Shown piece after piece: positions 11,076 to 19,543 of a stretch of DNA of 64,000 bases; position 1 is the stretch's first letter; each line of letters begins with the position of its first letter. Made by a program: the position numbers and the translations under genes. Below the pieces are notes generated by a model, which searched no databases, had not been told where the DNA came from, and saw only the letters and a list, made by a program, of their open reading frames with translations. The stretch is taken from positions 1,088,001 through 1,152,000 of the forward strand of contig CAVUKB010000007.1 in assembly GCA_963741955.1 (NCBI GenBank), read 5' to 3'. The stretch is from an uncultured Acidobacteriota bacterium. Lineage in GTDB: Bacteria; Acidobacteriota; Thermoanaerobaculia; Gp7-AA8.

Positions 11076-11298
11076 ACCGGGGCCTCGGCCGTCTCGCGGA
11101 CCGTCTACCGCGCGGCGCGAGAGAGATCGCCGAAACCCAGGAGTGAGGATCCGAGGGGTCAGGTGCTGCGTGAAGACAATGCGAAATGCTCTTTCCTATC
11201 CCGCGCCCGGACGACAATCGGGTGAGCGCCCTCGTGCCTCGCGGCACTCGAATTGTCGGGCACATCCCATTCCCCGAGCCTATGATTGGAGAACGCCA

Positions 11299-11457
11299 GG
11301 AGTCTGCACGGTAGGAACGTCCGTAGCGAGAAAGCGGAGCAGCGAGGCCAAATTCGTTCGGATTCGAGGTGCGTAGCGGTGGCTACTCGCCGAAAATCCG
11401 GGCGGATTTGGCCTCGCTGATTCCGCTTTCGCAGCAGGACAGGTTTCTACCGCGCAG
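11299..11457. mobile_element. MITE-like element family B (~160 bp)
   Basis: Ends GGAGTCTGCACGGTAGGAAC / GTTTCTACCGCGCAG and a long internal hairpin. Reverse-complement homologue of 18057-18217. Confidence 0.72.
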
Positions 11458-11550
11458 GCACACTCCCAGCCGCGATATGCTACATTCGGTCCGACCGGGC
11501 CGACGGTCGTGGATCGGCGCACGCAGCGTCGGATGAATAGGGAGATAGAT

Positions 11551-12126
11551 ATGAGTGACATTCTGCAGGCGGTGATGAAGCAGCTCGGCAGCGACGGAAT
11601 CGAACAGATCGCGGGTTCGGTCGGCGCAGATTCAACAACGACGAAGTCGGCGATCGGAACGGCTGTGCCGCTCCTCGTGGCGGCGCTCGCGAAAAACGCG
11701 TCGAGTCCCGCGGGAGCGCAGGCGCTCCACGGCGCCCTGGCGCGGGACCACGACGGCGGGATCCTCGAAAACCTGGCGGGGTTCCTCGGCAATCCGCAGT
11801 CGATGAACGGCGCGGGCATTCTCGAGCACGTCCTGGGAGGAAAGGTCGGTGCGGTTCAGCAGGGGATCTCTCAGGGCTCGGGGCTCGACTCCGGGTCGGT
11901 CGGCAAACTCCTGATGATCCTGGCCCCGATCGTAATGGGGCTGCTCGGCCGTCAGCAGCGGGTGGGCGGACTCGACGCCGGGGCGCTCGCCGGGATGCTT
12001 GGAGGCCAGAGTCGGCAGGCATCCGGCGCGCTTGGCGCGCTCAACTCGCTCCTCGACGCCGACGGCGACGGGAGCGCCCTGGATGACATCGCCGGGATGG
12101 CGAAAGGGTTTTTCGGAAACAAGTAG
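11551..12126 (+). CDS. DUF937 family protein
   Basis: AVPLLVAALAKNASSPAGAQALHGAL..HDGGIL..GAGILEHVLG..LAPIVMGLLG..LDADGDGS pattern. GGAG RBS. Confidence 0.8.
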   Translation: MSDILQAVMKQLGSDGIEQIAGSVGADSTTTKSAIGTAVPLLVAALAKNASSPAGAQALHGALARDHDGGILENLAGFLGNPQSMNGAGILEHVLGGKVGAVQQGISQGSGLDSGSVGKLLMILAPIVMGLLGRQQRVGGLDAGALAGMLGGQSRQASGALGALNSLLDADGDGSALDDIAGMAKGFFGNK

Positions 12127-12161
12127 TGCACAACGCGAAGTCTGGAGTCAGGAGAACTCAA

Positions 12162-12596
12162 ATGTCGATGTTCGGAAAATCATTCGACGAAAAGGTCCGC
12201 GATGCCACGAGTCAGCTTTCGTCGAACTTCCCTGGTTCGAAGATCGTTGCCGACGTCACCGGGGACGAAGTCGTCACGCTCAGCGGAGTGGTCCCGAATC
12301 TCGAGACGAAGGGACGTGTGATGGCCGCGTTCAACGATCTCGTCAAGACGAAAAACACGATCAACACGATCCGGATCTCCGAGGCGACGAAATCGACGCC
12401 CGCGGGGATGGATCCCGTTGCGGCGGCGCACGAGCCGCGCATTCACGAGGTCGTGAAGGGCGACACGCTCAGCGCAATCGCAAAGAAGTACTACGGCAAC
12501 GCGGGCAAGTACACGAAGATCTTCGAGGCGAATCGCGACATCCTCGACGACCCTGACCGCATCAAGGTCGGTCAGAAGCTGAAGATCCCGGATTAG
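12162..12596 (+). CDS. BON + LysM domain protein (Kbp/YgaU-like)
   Basis: BON-like N-terminal half. LysM HEVVKGDTLSAIAKKYYGN..IFEAN..DPDRIKVGQKLKIP. AGGAG RBS. Confidence 0.88.
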   Translation: MSMFGKSFDEKVRDATSQLSSNFPGSKIVADVTGDEVVTLSGVVPNLETKGRVMAAFNDLVKTKNTINTIRISEATKSTPAGMDPVAAAHEPRIHEVVKGDTLSAIAKKYYGNAGKYTKIFEANRDILDDPDRIKVGQKLKIPD

Positions 12597-12992
12597 CGCC
12601 AATGGCCCGACCTCAAGCAAAATCCGCGTGTCAGCCGGGAGTCTGCGCGAGCTTGCTGAGCAGCGAAGGATCCTCTCTCCGAGGGGCGCCAAGGCTCTCG
12701 CCGTGGCCGCGCAGATCGCCTTCAGAACGGAACGAGACGACACCTGCGGAAGATGCGCAGTAACTCCGCACATCGGCTCTGTGAACACCCATCGTGCCAC
12801 TCGAGTTCGGGCCATTGGGATTAGCGCGGCGTTGCCGCCCTGGACGATCGCGGACGGTCCCGGCCAGCGCCGTCGCAGCGGCGGCGCTGGCGATTGTTCT
12901 GTTGTCGGCATCGGACGAAGCAGGCCATCAATAAGAGCGAGATTGCACCTGCTTCGCGCGCAACAGCAATGGCGAGCTCGAGAGGATCCAGT

Positions 12993-13056
12993 GGAGCAGT
13001 GAAGCCGGATTCGTCCGAATGCGAGGCGCCCGGCGGTGATTACTCGCCGAGCATCC
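12993..13056. repeat. degenerate internal fragment of MITE family B
   Basis: GAGCAGTGAAGCCGGATTCGTCCGAATGCGAGGCG..TTACTCGCCGAGCATCCG aligns with 11337-11400. A terminal-like GGAGTCTGCGCG lies at ~12638. Confidence 0.55.
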
Positions 13057-13121
13057 GTAGATCATCTCGAAGAACGGCATAGCGATCCGCACGCCGGTTG
13101 CTGCCATCAGCGTCATCTGCA

Positions 13122-13328
13122 CTAGTCGTCGATGACGAATGTCACCATCATGTGAATCCGATACTCCGTGATGGCGCCTTTCGTCACTTCCACCTTCTGT
13201 TCCTTGATCCAGGCGCTGCGCACGTTTCTCAGCGTCTTGTTCGCCCTGTCGAGTCCGTGTTCGATGGCGTCCTGGAAGCTTTTCTTCGAACTTGCGCTGA
13301 TCTCGGTGACTTTTGCGATCGACATCAT
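13122..13328 (-). CDS. dodecin family protein
   Basis: 68 aa: SIAKVTEISASSKKSFQDAIEHGLDRANKTLRNV..ITEYRIHMMVTFVI. AGGAG RBS. Confidence 0.9.
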   Translation of the reverse strand: MMSIAKVTEISASSKKSFQDAIEHGLDRANKTLRNVRSAWIKEQKVEVTKGAITEYRIHMMVTFVIDD

Positions 13329-13697
13329 ATTCTCCTTGCGTCTTCGCGTTTCAGGTTGCGGTATCCGAACGGTGGCGACGGCAGTGTCCTCGGGGCAACG
13401 AGAGAGGCTTGCCGGAGCTCAGCCGAATCGGGGACGGCATACTGGCAGATGCCGTCTACGGTTCGTGAAAGCTGATATGGGTTGAGTGGTGGGATGCGAC
13501 GGCAGATTGGGGAGATGCCAGTGGGGGCTCGTTCGACGATGTCATGATTACCTCGCCGGATCGGTTCGTCGAGTGATGACCGTAGGAATGCGGTCGCGCG
13601 GGATGGCGCGGACCGTGGAGCTTCGTGTGACTGAGGGTGTGATGATTCATCGCATTCCATCGGCACGGTTCAATCTATTCTTCTGTCGTCGCTGCGT

Positions 13698-13747
13698 GAA
13701 GCGCACTATCTACCCGGCAGACGCGGAACAGAACGGGTAGAAACTAC
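13698..13747 (-). promoter_or_regulatory. bipartite upstream motif, copy 3 (faces dodecin)
   Basis: Minus strand GTAGTTTCTAC-N20-CGGGTAGATAGTGCGCTTC, then N20-TAGATT. Confidence 0.72.
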
Positions 13748-13781
13748 GCTTCCGAAGCCCGACCTCGTGCTCGGATCGACC

Positions 13782-16532
13782 TCAAGTGAGCTCGGCGTCT
13801 GTGTGTGGTGCACGTGGTACCGGTGGAACCTCGTCCAGCAGCTCCCGCACTCTGCGGATCAATGTCTCGAGGCTGAGCGGTTTACCGAGAAACGCGCGGC
13901 CGGCGCCCTCCATGTCGGTCATGGCCGTGGATGCTTCACTGTAACCGGAGACGAAGAGTACCTTCGTGCCCGGTCGTGTCCGCTCGACGACTGTCGCTAC
14001 TGTCGGACCCGACATTCCCGGCATTACGACGTCAGTGACCATGATCTCGATCGCGCCTGAATGCGCGTCGGCCAGTCTCACAGCCTCGGTCCCATCCCGC
14101 GCAACGATTACGGAGTATCCGCTTGCCGCGAGCGCTTCACGCATCGACTCACGAAGCGAGGCTTCGTCTTCGACGAGCAGCACCGTCTCGGTGCCACGTG
14201 GCAGCGGCCCCACCTTCCCTTCTGTCGTCTGCGTGGGGCTATGGTCGACCCGAGGAAGGTAAATCCTGAACGTCGTTCCGAGACCGAGCTCACTGTAGAC
14301 CCAGATGGCCCCGCCACTCTGCTTGACGATGCCGTAGACGGTGGAGAGACCCAGACCCGTTCCCTTACCCTTCTCTTTTGTGGTGTAGAAGGGCTCGAAG
14401 ATCCGGGCCTGGGTCTCCTCGTCCATTCCCGCGCCATCGTCCGACACCGTGAGGACGATCTGCGGGCCCGGCTGGGTGTGCGGGCGATTCGCGACGTATT
14501 CCGATTCCGGATCGGCGTTGCGAGTCTCGATCGTGATGCAGCCGCCGACCGGCATGGCGTCACGGGCATTGAACACGAGATTCATGAGGATCTGCTCGAT
14601 CTGGGCCGGATCGGCTCTCACGCTGCCGAGATCGGGCGCGAGGTGGGTGGTGAACGCGATGTCCTCGCGAATGGTCCTTCGGAGCATCGTCTCCATCTCG
14701 GTGACGATCATGTTGAGATCGAGGACTTTAGGCTCGAGAGGGAGCTTGCGGCCGATGGCCATGAACTGACGCGTCAGAGTCGAAGCACGCCAGGCTGCTT
14801 TGAGGATCTGGTCCAATCCGGCCTTGCCGGGCGCGCCATCGGGCAGCTGCTTCCGAACCAGCTCGCCGTAGTTCACGATGACCCCGAGAATGTTGTTGAA
14901 GTCGTGTGCCACACCGCCCGCGAGCAGACCAATCGCTTCCATCTTCTGGGCGTGGAACAACTGCTGAGCGAGGGCGGTCTCCTCGGTGATGTCGCGCTTG
15001 ACTGCCACGTAGTTGACGATCCGCCCCGCGGCGTCGCGCACTGGCGATATGGTCCCTTCCTCCTCGAAGAGTGTGCCGTCCTTTCGTTTGTTGATCATGC
15101 GGCCGGTCCAGATCTGGCCTCCGAGTAATGTGCTCCACATCGTGTGATAGAACTCGTCATCCTGTTTGCCACTCTTCAGGAATCGCGGATTCCGGCCGAT
15201 CGTTTCCTCCCGGGTGTATCCGGTCGCGGTCTCGAACGCGGGATTGACGTAGAGAATCTCGCCGGTGGAGTCGGTGATCACGATCGCTTCGCCCGCCTGC
15301 TCGACCGCGGTCGCGAGCAGCGCGTGGGCCTTCTCCGACCGTGTGCGCTCGGTGATGTCACGGACGTTGCACTGAATCACCGGGTCTCCGTTCACCAGGT
15401 ACACGTTGCTGATGAACTCCACATCGTTCCGGCGCCCGTCGAACGACTCCAGAGCCAGGTCCTCGTACCGGACATATCCCTTCCTCTTCAACTCCGCGAA
15501 GTTCGCCTCGTTCGCGAGCACGTCCTTGAGAAACCCGAGATCCCAGAGCTTCTTCTGGAGGAAGTCGTCACGCGTGAAACCCATCAACTGGACCAGGTAC
15601 GGATTCACGTCCACGATCATCCCGGACTCGTAGTCGACGATCAGAACGCCGTCCCTTGCCGCTTCGAAGAGGCGGCGATAGCGGGTCTCCGAGGTGACGA
15701 GCGCATCCTCGGCTTCCCGGCGTTCGGAGATGTCGCGGACCGCCGCCACGGCGTAGTCCCGATCGAGATGGACCAGCTTGAGGCTGACCTCGACGGGGAA
15801 TGTCGATCCGTCCTTCCGGCGACGGCTCGTCTCGAACTGCGCGACACCGGTTTGCGCGAGTTCCGCCATCACCGTATCGGAGTCGCCGTCGCCGACGTCG
15901 ACGTCGCCGCGGTTCAACGACATGAGCTCCTCGCGGCTGTAGCCGAGGGCCTTGCATGCCTGCTCATTGAAATCGAGGAATCGGCCGGACTCCGGATCGA
16001 GCACTTCGATCGCGTCACTCGAGTGCTCGACCAGATTGCGAAACAGGTTCAGCGAATCTTCGGTGCGCTTGCGCTCGGTGATGTCCATGTAGGTACCGAG
16101 AAGACCGATGATCTCTCCGTCGGAACTGCGTAGCGGCGTCTTGCTCGTAAGAAGAGTGATGGTCTCCCCGGTGGGAGTCGTCTGCGGCTCTTCAATGAGA
16201 TTCCTGGCCCGGCCGCTCTCGATGACCTCGCGGTCGTCGGCGCGATACGCGTCGGCTTGATCGCGAAATGCCAACTGGTAGTCGGTCTTGCCGATGACGT
16301 CGACCGGATCGGCGAATCCTGCATCTTTCGCGAACGCTGCGTTGCAGCCAAGGTAAACGAGATCCTTGTCTTTCCAGAAGACCCGCGCGGGGATCGCGTC
16401 GAGGATCCCGGCGATGACCTGTTGCGAAGCCCGCAGCGCCTCCTCCGATCCCCGCAGCTCGAGTTGGCTGGGGCGGGCCTCGGTTGCGAGGACGTTCGCC
16501 GTCTGCTGATTGGTGTGCGGATTGTCAGTCAT
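13782..16532 (-). CDS. cytoplasmic multi-PAS hybrid sensor histidine kinase (CckA-type HisKA-HATPase-REC)
   Basis: Four PAS/PAC repeats; H-box GGVAHDFNNIL; N-box NLVFNARDAM; G-boxes DDGAGM and GKGTGLGLS; REC VLLVEDE..TDVVMPGMSG..KP. Confidence 0.92.
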   Translation of the reverse strand: MTDNPHTNQQTANVLATEARPSQLELRGSEEALRASQQVIAGILDAIPARVFWKDKDLVYLGCNAAFAKDAGFADPVDVIGKTDYQLAFRDQADAYRADDREVIESGRARNLIEEPQTTPTGETITLLTSKTPLRSSDGEIIGLLGTYMDITERKRTEDSLNLFRNLVEHSSDAIEVLDPESGRFLDFNEQACKALGYSREELMSLNRGDVDVGDGDSDTVMAELAQTGVAQFETSRRRKDGSTFPVEVSLKLVHLDRDYAVAAVRDISERREAEDALVTSETRYRRLFEAARDGVLIVDYESGMIVDVNPYLVQLMGFTRDDFLQKKLWDLGFLKDVLANEANFAELKRKGYVRYEDLALESFDGRRNDVEFISNVYLVNGDPVIQCNVRDITERTRSEKAHALLATAVEQAGEAIVITDSTGEILYVNPAFETATGYTREETIGRNPRFLKSGKQDDEFYHTMWSTLLGGQIWTGRMINKRKDGTLFEEEGTISPVRDAAGRIVNYVAVKRDITEETALAQQLFHAQKMEAIGLLAGGVAHDFNNILGVIVNYGELVRKQLPDGAPGKAGLDQILKAAWRASTLTRQFMAIGRKLPLEPKVLDLNMIVTEMETMLRRTIREDIAFTTHLAPDLGSVRADPAQIEQILMNLVFNARDAMPVGGCITIETRNADPESEYVANRPHTQPGPQIVLTVSDDGAGMDEETQARIFEPFYTTKEKGKGTGLGLSTVYGIVKQSGGAIWVYSELGLGTTFRIYLPRVDHSPTQTTEGKVGPLPRGTETVLLVEDEASLRESMREALAASGYSVIVARDGTEAVRLADAHSGAIEIMVTDVVMPGMSGPTVATVVERTRPGTKVLFVSGYSEASTAMTDMEGAGRAFLGKPLSLETLIRRVRELLDEVPPVPRAPHTDAELT

Positions 16533-16560
16533 CGTCTCTCCGATCGTTGGTGCTTCGGGG

Positions 16561-17583
16561 CTAGAAGTCCCCGAGCTGCACGAGCTGCTTCCCCTGATTC
16601 GTTCCGTGCAGCATTCCGATGAAGGCCTGCGGCGCCGCTTCGATGCCCTGGGCCACCGCCTCCCGGTATCTGAGCTTTCCTTGTTTCAGCCAGGTGTCGA
16701 GCTGCTTACGCCCTTCGGAGAATCGATCGGCGAAGTCCGACACGAGGAAGCCCTCTACCTTCGCCGTCCTGGCGAGGAGATGCCCGAGCCAGCGCGGCCC
16801 CGTCTCGGGAGCCTCCAGGTTGTACTCCGAGATCTGCCCGCAGACGGAGATTCGGGCTTTCACATTGATCCGTCGCATGACCGCGTCACTCAGCGCCCCT
16901 CCGACATTGTCGAAGTAGACGTCGATGCCTTCGGGGCAGAGCTCGGCGAGTCTGGCGTCGAAATCCGGATCGGACCCGTAGTTGGATACCGCGTCGAAGC
17001 CGAGCTCGTCGCGTAACCACGTGAGCTCGGCGTCGGCGTTCGCCAGCCCCACCACACGGCATCCATTGATCCTCGCAATCTGGCCGGCGAGCATTCCGAC
17101 CGCACCGGCGGCTCCGGAGACCACCACGGTCTCGCCACGTTGCGGGCGACAGATCTCGAGCAGGCCGAAGTACGCCGTGAGCCCCGGCAAACCCAGCGCA
17201 CCGAGCGCCAACGAGATCGGGGAGAGGCCCGGTTCGAGCTTTCTCAGCGCATGTGCGGGGACGATGGCGTACTCCTGCCACCCCAGCATTCCTTCGACCG
17301 CGTCACCAGCCCGGAACGCCGGATCGCCGGACTCCACGACGAAGGCGGCGGCTCCGCCCGGCATGACTTCACCAAGGCGCACCGACCCGCCGTCGGATCC
17401 ATTCTGGTTCATCTGCACGCGGATGTAGGGATCGAGCGACAGGTAGATCGACCGAACCAGAACCTCGCCGGCGGCCGGCGATGACAACGGCGCGTAGACC
17501 AGCCGGAAATCGGACAACGACGGGTATCCCACCGGCCGTGACGCGAGCGTGATCTGTCTGTTTATCGGAGCCAGTGAATTCAT
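16561..17583 (-). CDS. NADP-dependent oxidoreductase (MDR, prostaglandin reductase/CurA-like)
   Basis: Motifs LASRPVG, YLSLDPY, GLPGLTAYFGL, VSGAAGAVG, IDVYFDNVGG, CGQISEYN, GTNQGKQLV. Confidence 0.9.
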   Translation of the reverse strand: MNSLAPINRQITLASRPVGYPSLSDFRLVYAPLSSPAAGEVLVRSIYLSLDPYIRVQMNQNGSDGGSVRLGEVMPGGAAAFVVESGDPAFRAGDAVEGMLGWQEYAIVPAHALRKLEPGLSPISLALGALGLPGLTAYFGLLEICRPQRGETVVVSGAAGAVGMLAGQIARINGCRVVGLANADAELTWLRDELGFDAVSNYGSDPDFDARLAELCPEGIDVYFDNVGGALSDAVMRRINVKARISVCGQISEYNLEAPETGPRWLGHLLARTAKVEGFLVSDFADRFSEGRKQLDTWLKQGKLRYREAVAQGIEAAPQAFIGMLHGTNQGKQLVQLGDF

Positions 17584-17631
17584 GTGATTTTCCCGGGCGA
17601 TGAGAGAAGCATCGCCATTGTGACTCCGGAG

Positions 17632-17850
17632 CTACTTCTTCCCGCGGGCAAAGAGGAGAGCGGCGCCGACCACGATGGCTCCTGCGCCGGCCCAGACCGG
17701 AATGTCGACCGTATCTTTGTTCTGGACCGACATCTCGATCGGCCCGATCCTCGCCTCGTGGGTCGTCCTCGTGTACGTGATCCCGCCATACACGAGCCCG
17801 ACGATACCGGCAGCGATCAGAAATATCGCGACGATCTTGAATGCGTTCAC
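17632..17850 (-). CDS. small two-TM membrane protein (DUF3185-like)
   Basis: 72 aa; TM-YTRTTHEARIGPIEMSV..VDIPVWAG-TM. AAAGGAG RBS before GTG. Confidence 0.7.
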   Translation of the reverse strand: MNAFKIVAIFLIAAGIVGLVYGGITYTRTTHEARIGPIEMSVQNKDTVDIPVWAGAGAIVVGAALLFARGKK

Positions 17851-17945
17851 ATTGTCTCCTTTGCCGAAGCTTCATCTCCGTGATACCCGACATCGTGGCC
17901 GGCCAATCGCGCCAGGAGTCTGCGCGGTGGGACCGCTGGTCCGCG

Positions 17946-18054
17946 CTCGTCCTCAACATCGTCACCACTATGCCTTCGTCGCCGAAGTCGCGCGCGCCTT
18001 GCATCCAAGCCGCTCCCTGCCTCCTCGCGGCGAGACGGTGTGAGAAATGCGGGC
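17946..18054 (-). mobile_element. truncated MITE family A copy
   Basis: Reverse complement of ~4060-4168, retaining one terminal repeat. A family B end precedes it at 17915-17928. Confidence 0.7.
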
Positions 18055-18056
18055 CG

Positions 18057-18217
18057 GGAGTCTGCGCGGTAGAAACTGTCCTACTGCGAAAGCGGATCAG
18101 CGGTCAAAATCCGTCCGGATTTTCGGCGAGTAGCCACCGCTACGCACCTCAAATCCGAACGAATTTGGCCTCGCTGCTTTGCTTTCTTGCTACGGACGTT
18201 TCTACCGCGCAGACTCC
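18057..18217. mobile_element. MITE-like element family B, full copy
   Basis: Perfect 20 bp terminal inverted repeat GGAGTCTGCGCGGTAGAAAC / GTTTCTACCGCGCAGACTCC. The right end meets the TAG stop of the small gene at 18217. Confidence 0.8.
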
Positions 18218-18366
18218 TAGCGGACGCGCCGTCCGGAGACGAGTTGAAAGATCAGAATGATGACCGCCACCACGAGCAGGAGGTGGATGAACCCACCCAT
18301 GGTGTAGGAGGTGACGAGGCCGAGCAGCCATAACACCACCAGAATGACGAGAATCGTCCACAGCAT
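18217..18366 (-). CDS. lmo0937-family small membrane protein (49 aa; absent from the ORF track)
   Basis: Hand translation MLWTILVILVVLWLLGLVTSYTMGGFIHLLLVVAVIILIFQLVSGRRVR*. GGAGG RBS. Confidence 0.88.
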   Translation of the reverse strand: MLWTILVILVVLWLLGLVTSYTMGGFIHLLLVVAVIILIFQLVSGRRVR

Positions 18367-18610
18367 GACCTACCTCCGGTTTCGTTGTTTGCACGTCGTG
18401 GGCAACGACGATGCCGCGCACGACGTACTCGCCGTCGCATCTGACCGAGCGGAGAGAGACGGGTGGGATCACTGTCACGACGATCTGCGATGAGCTCGGG
18501 CGGATGCCGTGAGATCTGGTCTCGGAGTCGGGGACAATGAACGTTCGTTCTCTCATTCGATCCCGTCTCTACTCCCACGTCACAAGGTTAGTCCCCGCGT
18601 ACCGCGGCCA

Positions 18611-18659
18611 GAAGCGCACTTACTACCCGAGAGAGAAGGGATGCGTGAGTAGAAACTAC
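18611..18659 (-). promoter_or_regulatory. bipartite upstream motif, copy 4 (faces the lmo0937-like/DUF3185/oxidoreductase/kinase genes)
   Basis: Minus strand GTAGTTTCTAC-N19-CGGGTAGTAAGTGCGCTTC, then N20-TAACCT. Confidence 0.75.
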
Positions 18660-18952
18660 ACGGCGGGAAATGAACCCGGCGCGGCCGATCCTCACCCTTC
18701 CGGAGTTCGGTGCGCATCAGCGCATCGCCACGCGACGTCCTGGGCCGGTGAGATGGGAAACGCGACCCGCCGGTTTCTCACCCGCGGCGTCCGGGCAGTC
18801 ACTTTCATCACATCACGGATGATTCAGGAGCCGGAGGGAGATGGAAGGTACCCGGCGTCCCGGTTGTCACCCGCGATCCGGTTTCGACTCCATTCCTTCA
18901 GGAGGAACACGAACATGGATGCACGATCGGCTGCGGTATGGCGGGTGGCCCG

Positions 18953-19543
18953 ATGAGTCCCGAGTCCGCGCAGGTTCTTTCGTACCCGGCGACCGATCCG
19001 GAGCGCGCCGTGGCGACGCTGCTCACTCTGATCGGTGAGGATCCGGGGCGCGAAGGTCTGATCGACACTCCGCGACGGGTGATCAAAGCATGGCGGGAGA
19101 TGACCTCCGGCTACGGCGAAGACCCGGGCGAGATTCTCGCTCGAACATTCGAGGAGACCAGCGACGAGCTGGTGCTGCTGCGGGGAATCTCGTTCCACTC
19201 GATCTGCGAGCACCACCTTCTTCCCTTCCATGGAACCGCGACGGTCGGCTATCTGCCGGGAAGGGTCGTCGGAATCAGCAAGCTCGCCCGGCTCGTCGAT
19301 TGTTTCGCCCGGCGGCTGCAGATCCAGGAACGGATGACCCGCCAGATCGCCACCGCGATCGAGGAGCATCTTGCACCCCGCGGAGTCGGAGTGAGGATCG
19401 AGGCGCGACACTCGTGCATGGGATGTCGCGGCGTCAAGCTCCCGGACACCGAGCTGGTGACCACGGCGATGCTCGGAACGTTGCGCGAGGACGCAGCGGC
19501 GCGCGCCGAGTTCTTCCGTCTCGCCGCCGGAGCGTCGCGATGA
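18953..19543 (+). CDS. folE: GTP cyclohydrolase I
   Basis: Motifs [49 protein letters not shown]. Start uncertain (18938 or 18953). Confidence 0.93.
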   Translation: MSPESAQVLSYPATDPERAVATLLTLIGEDPGREGLIDTPRRVIKAWREMTSGYGEDPGEILARTFEETSDELVLLRGISFHSICEHHLLPFHGTATVGYLPGRVVGISKLARLVDCFARRLQIQERMTRQIATAIEEHLAPRGVGVRIEARHSCMGCRGVKLPDTELVTTAMLGTLREDAAARAEFFRLAAGASR

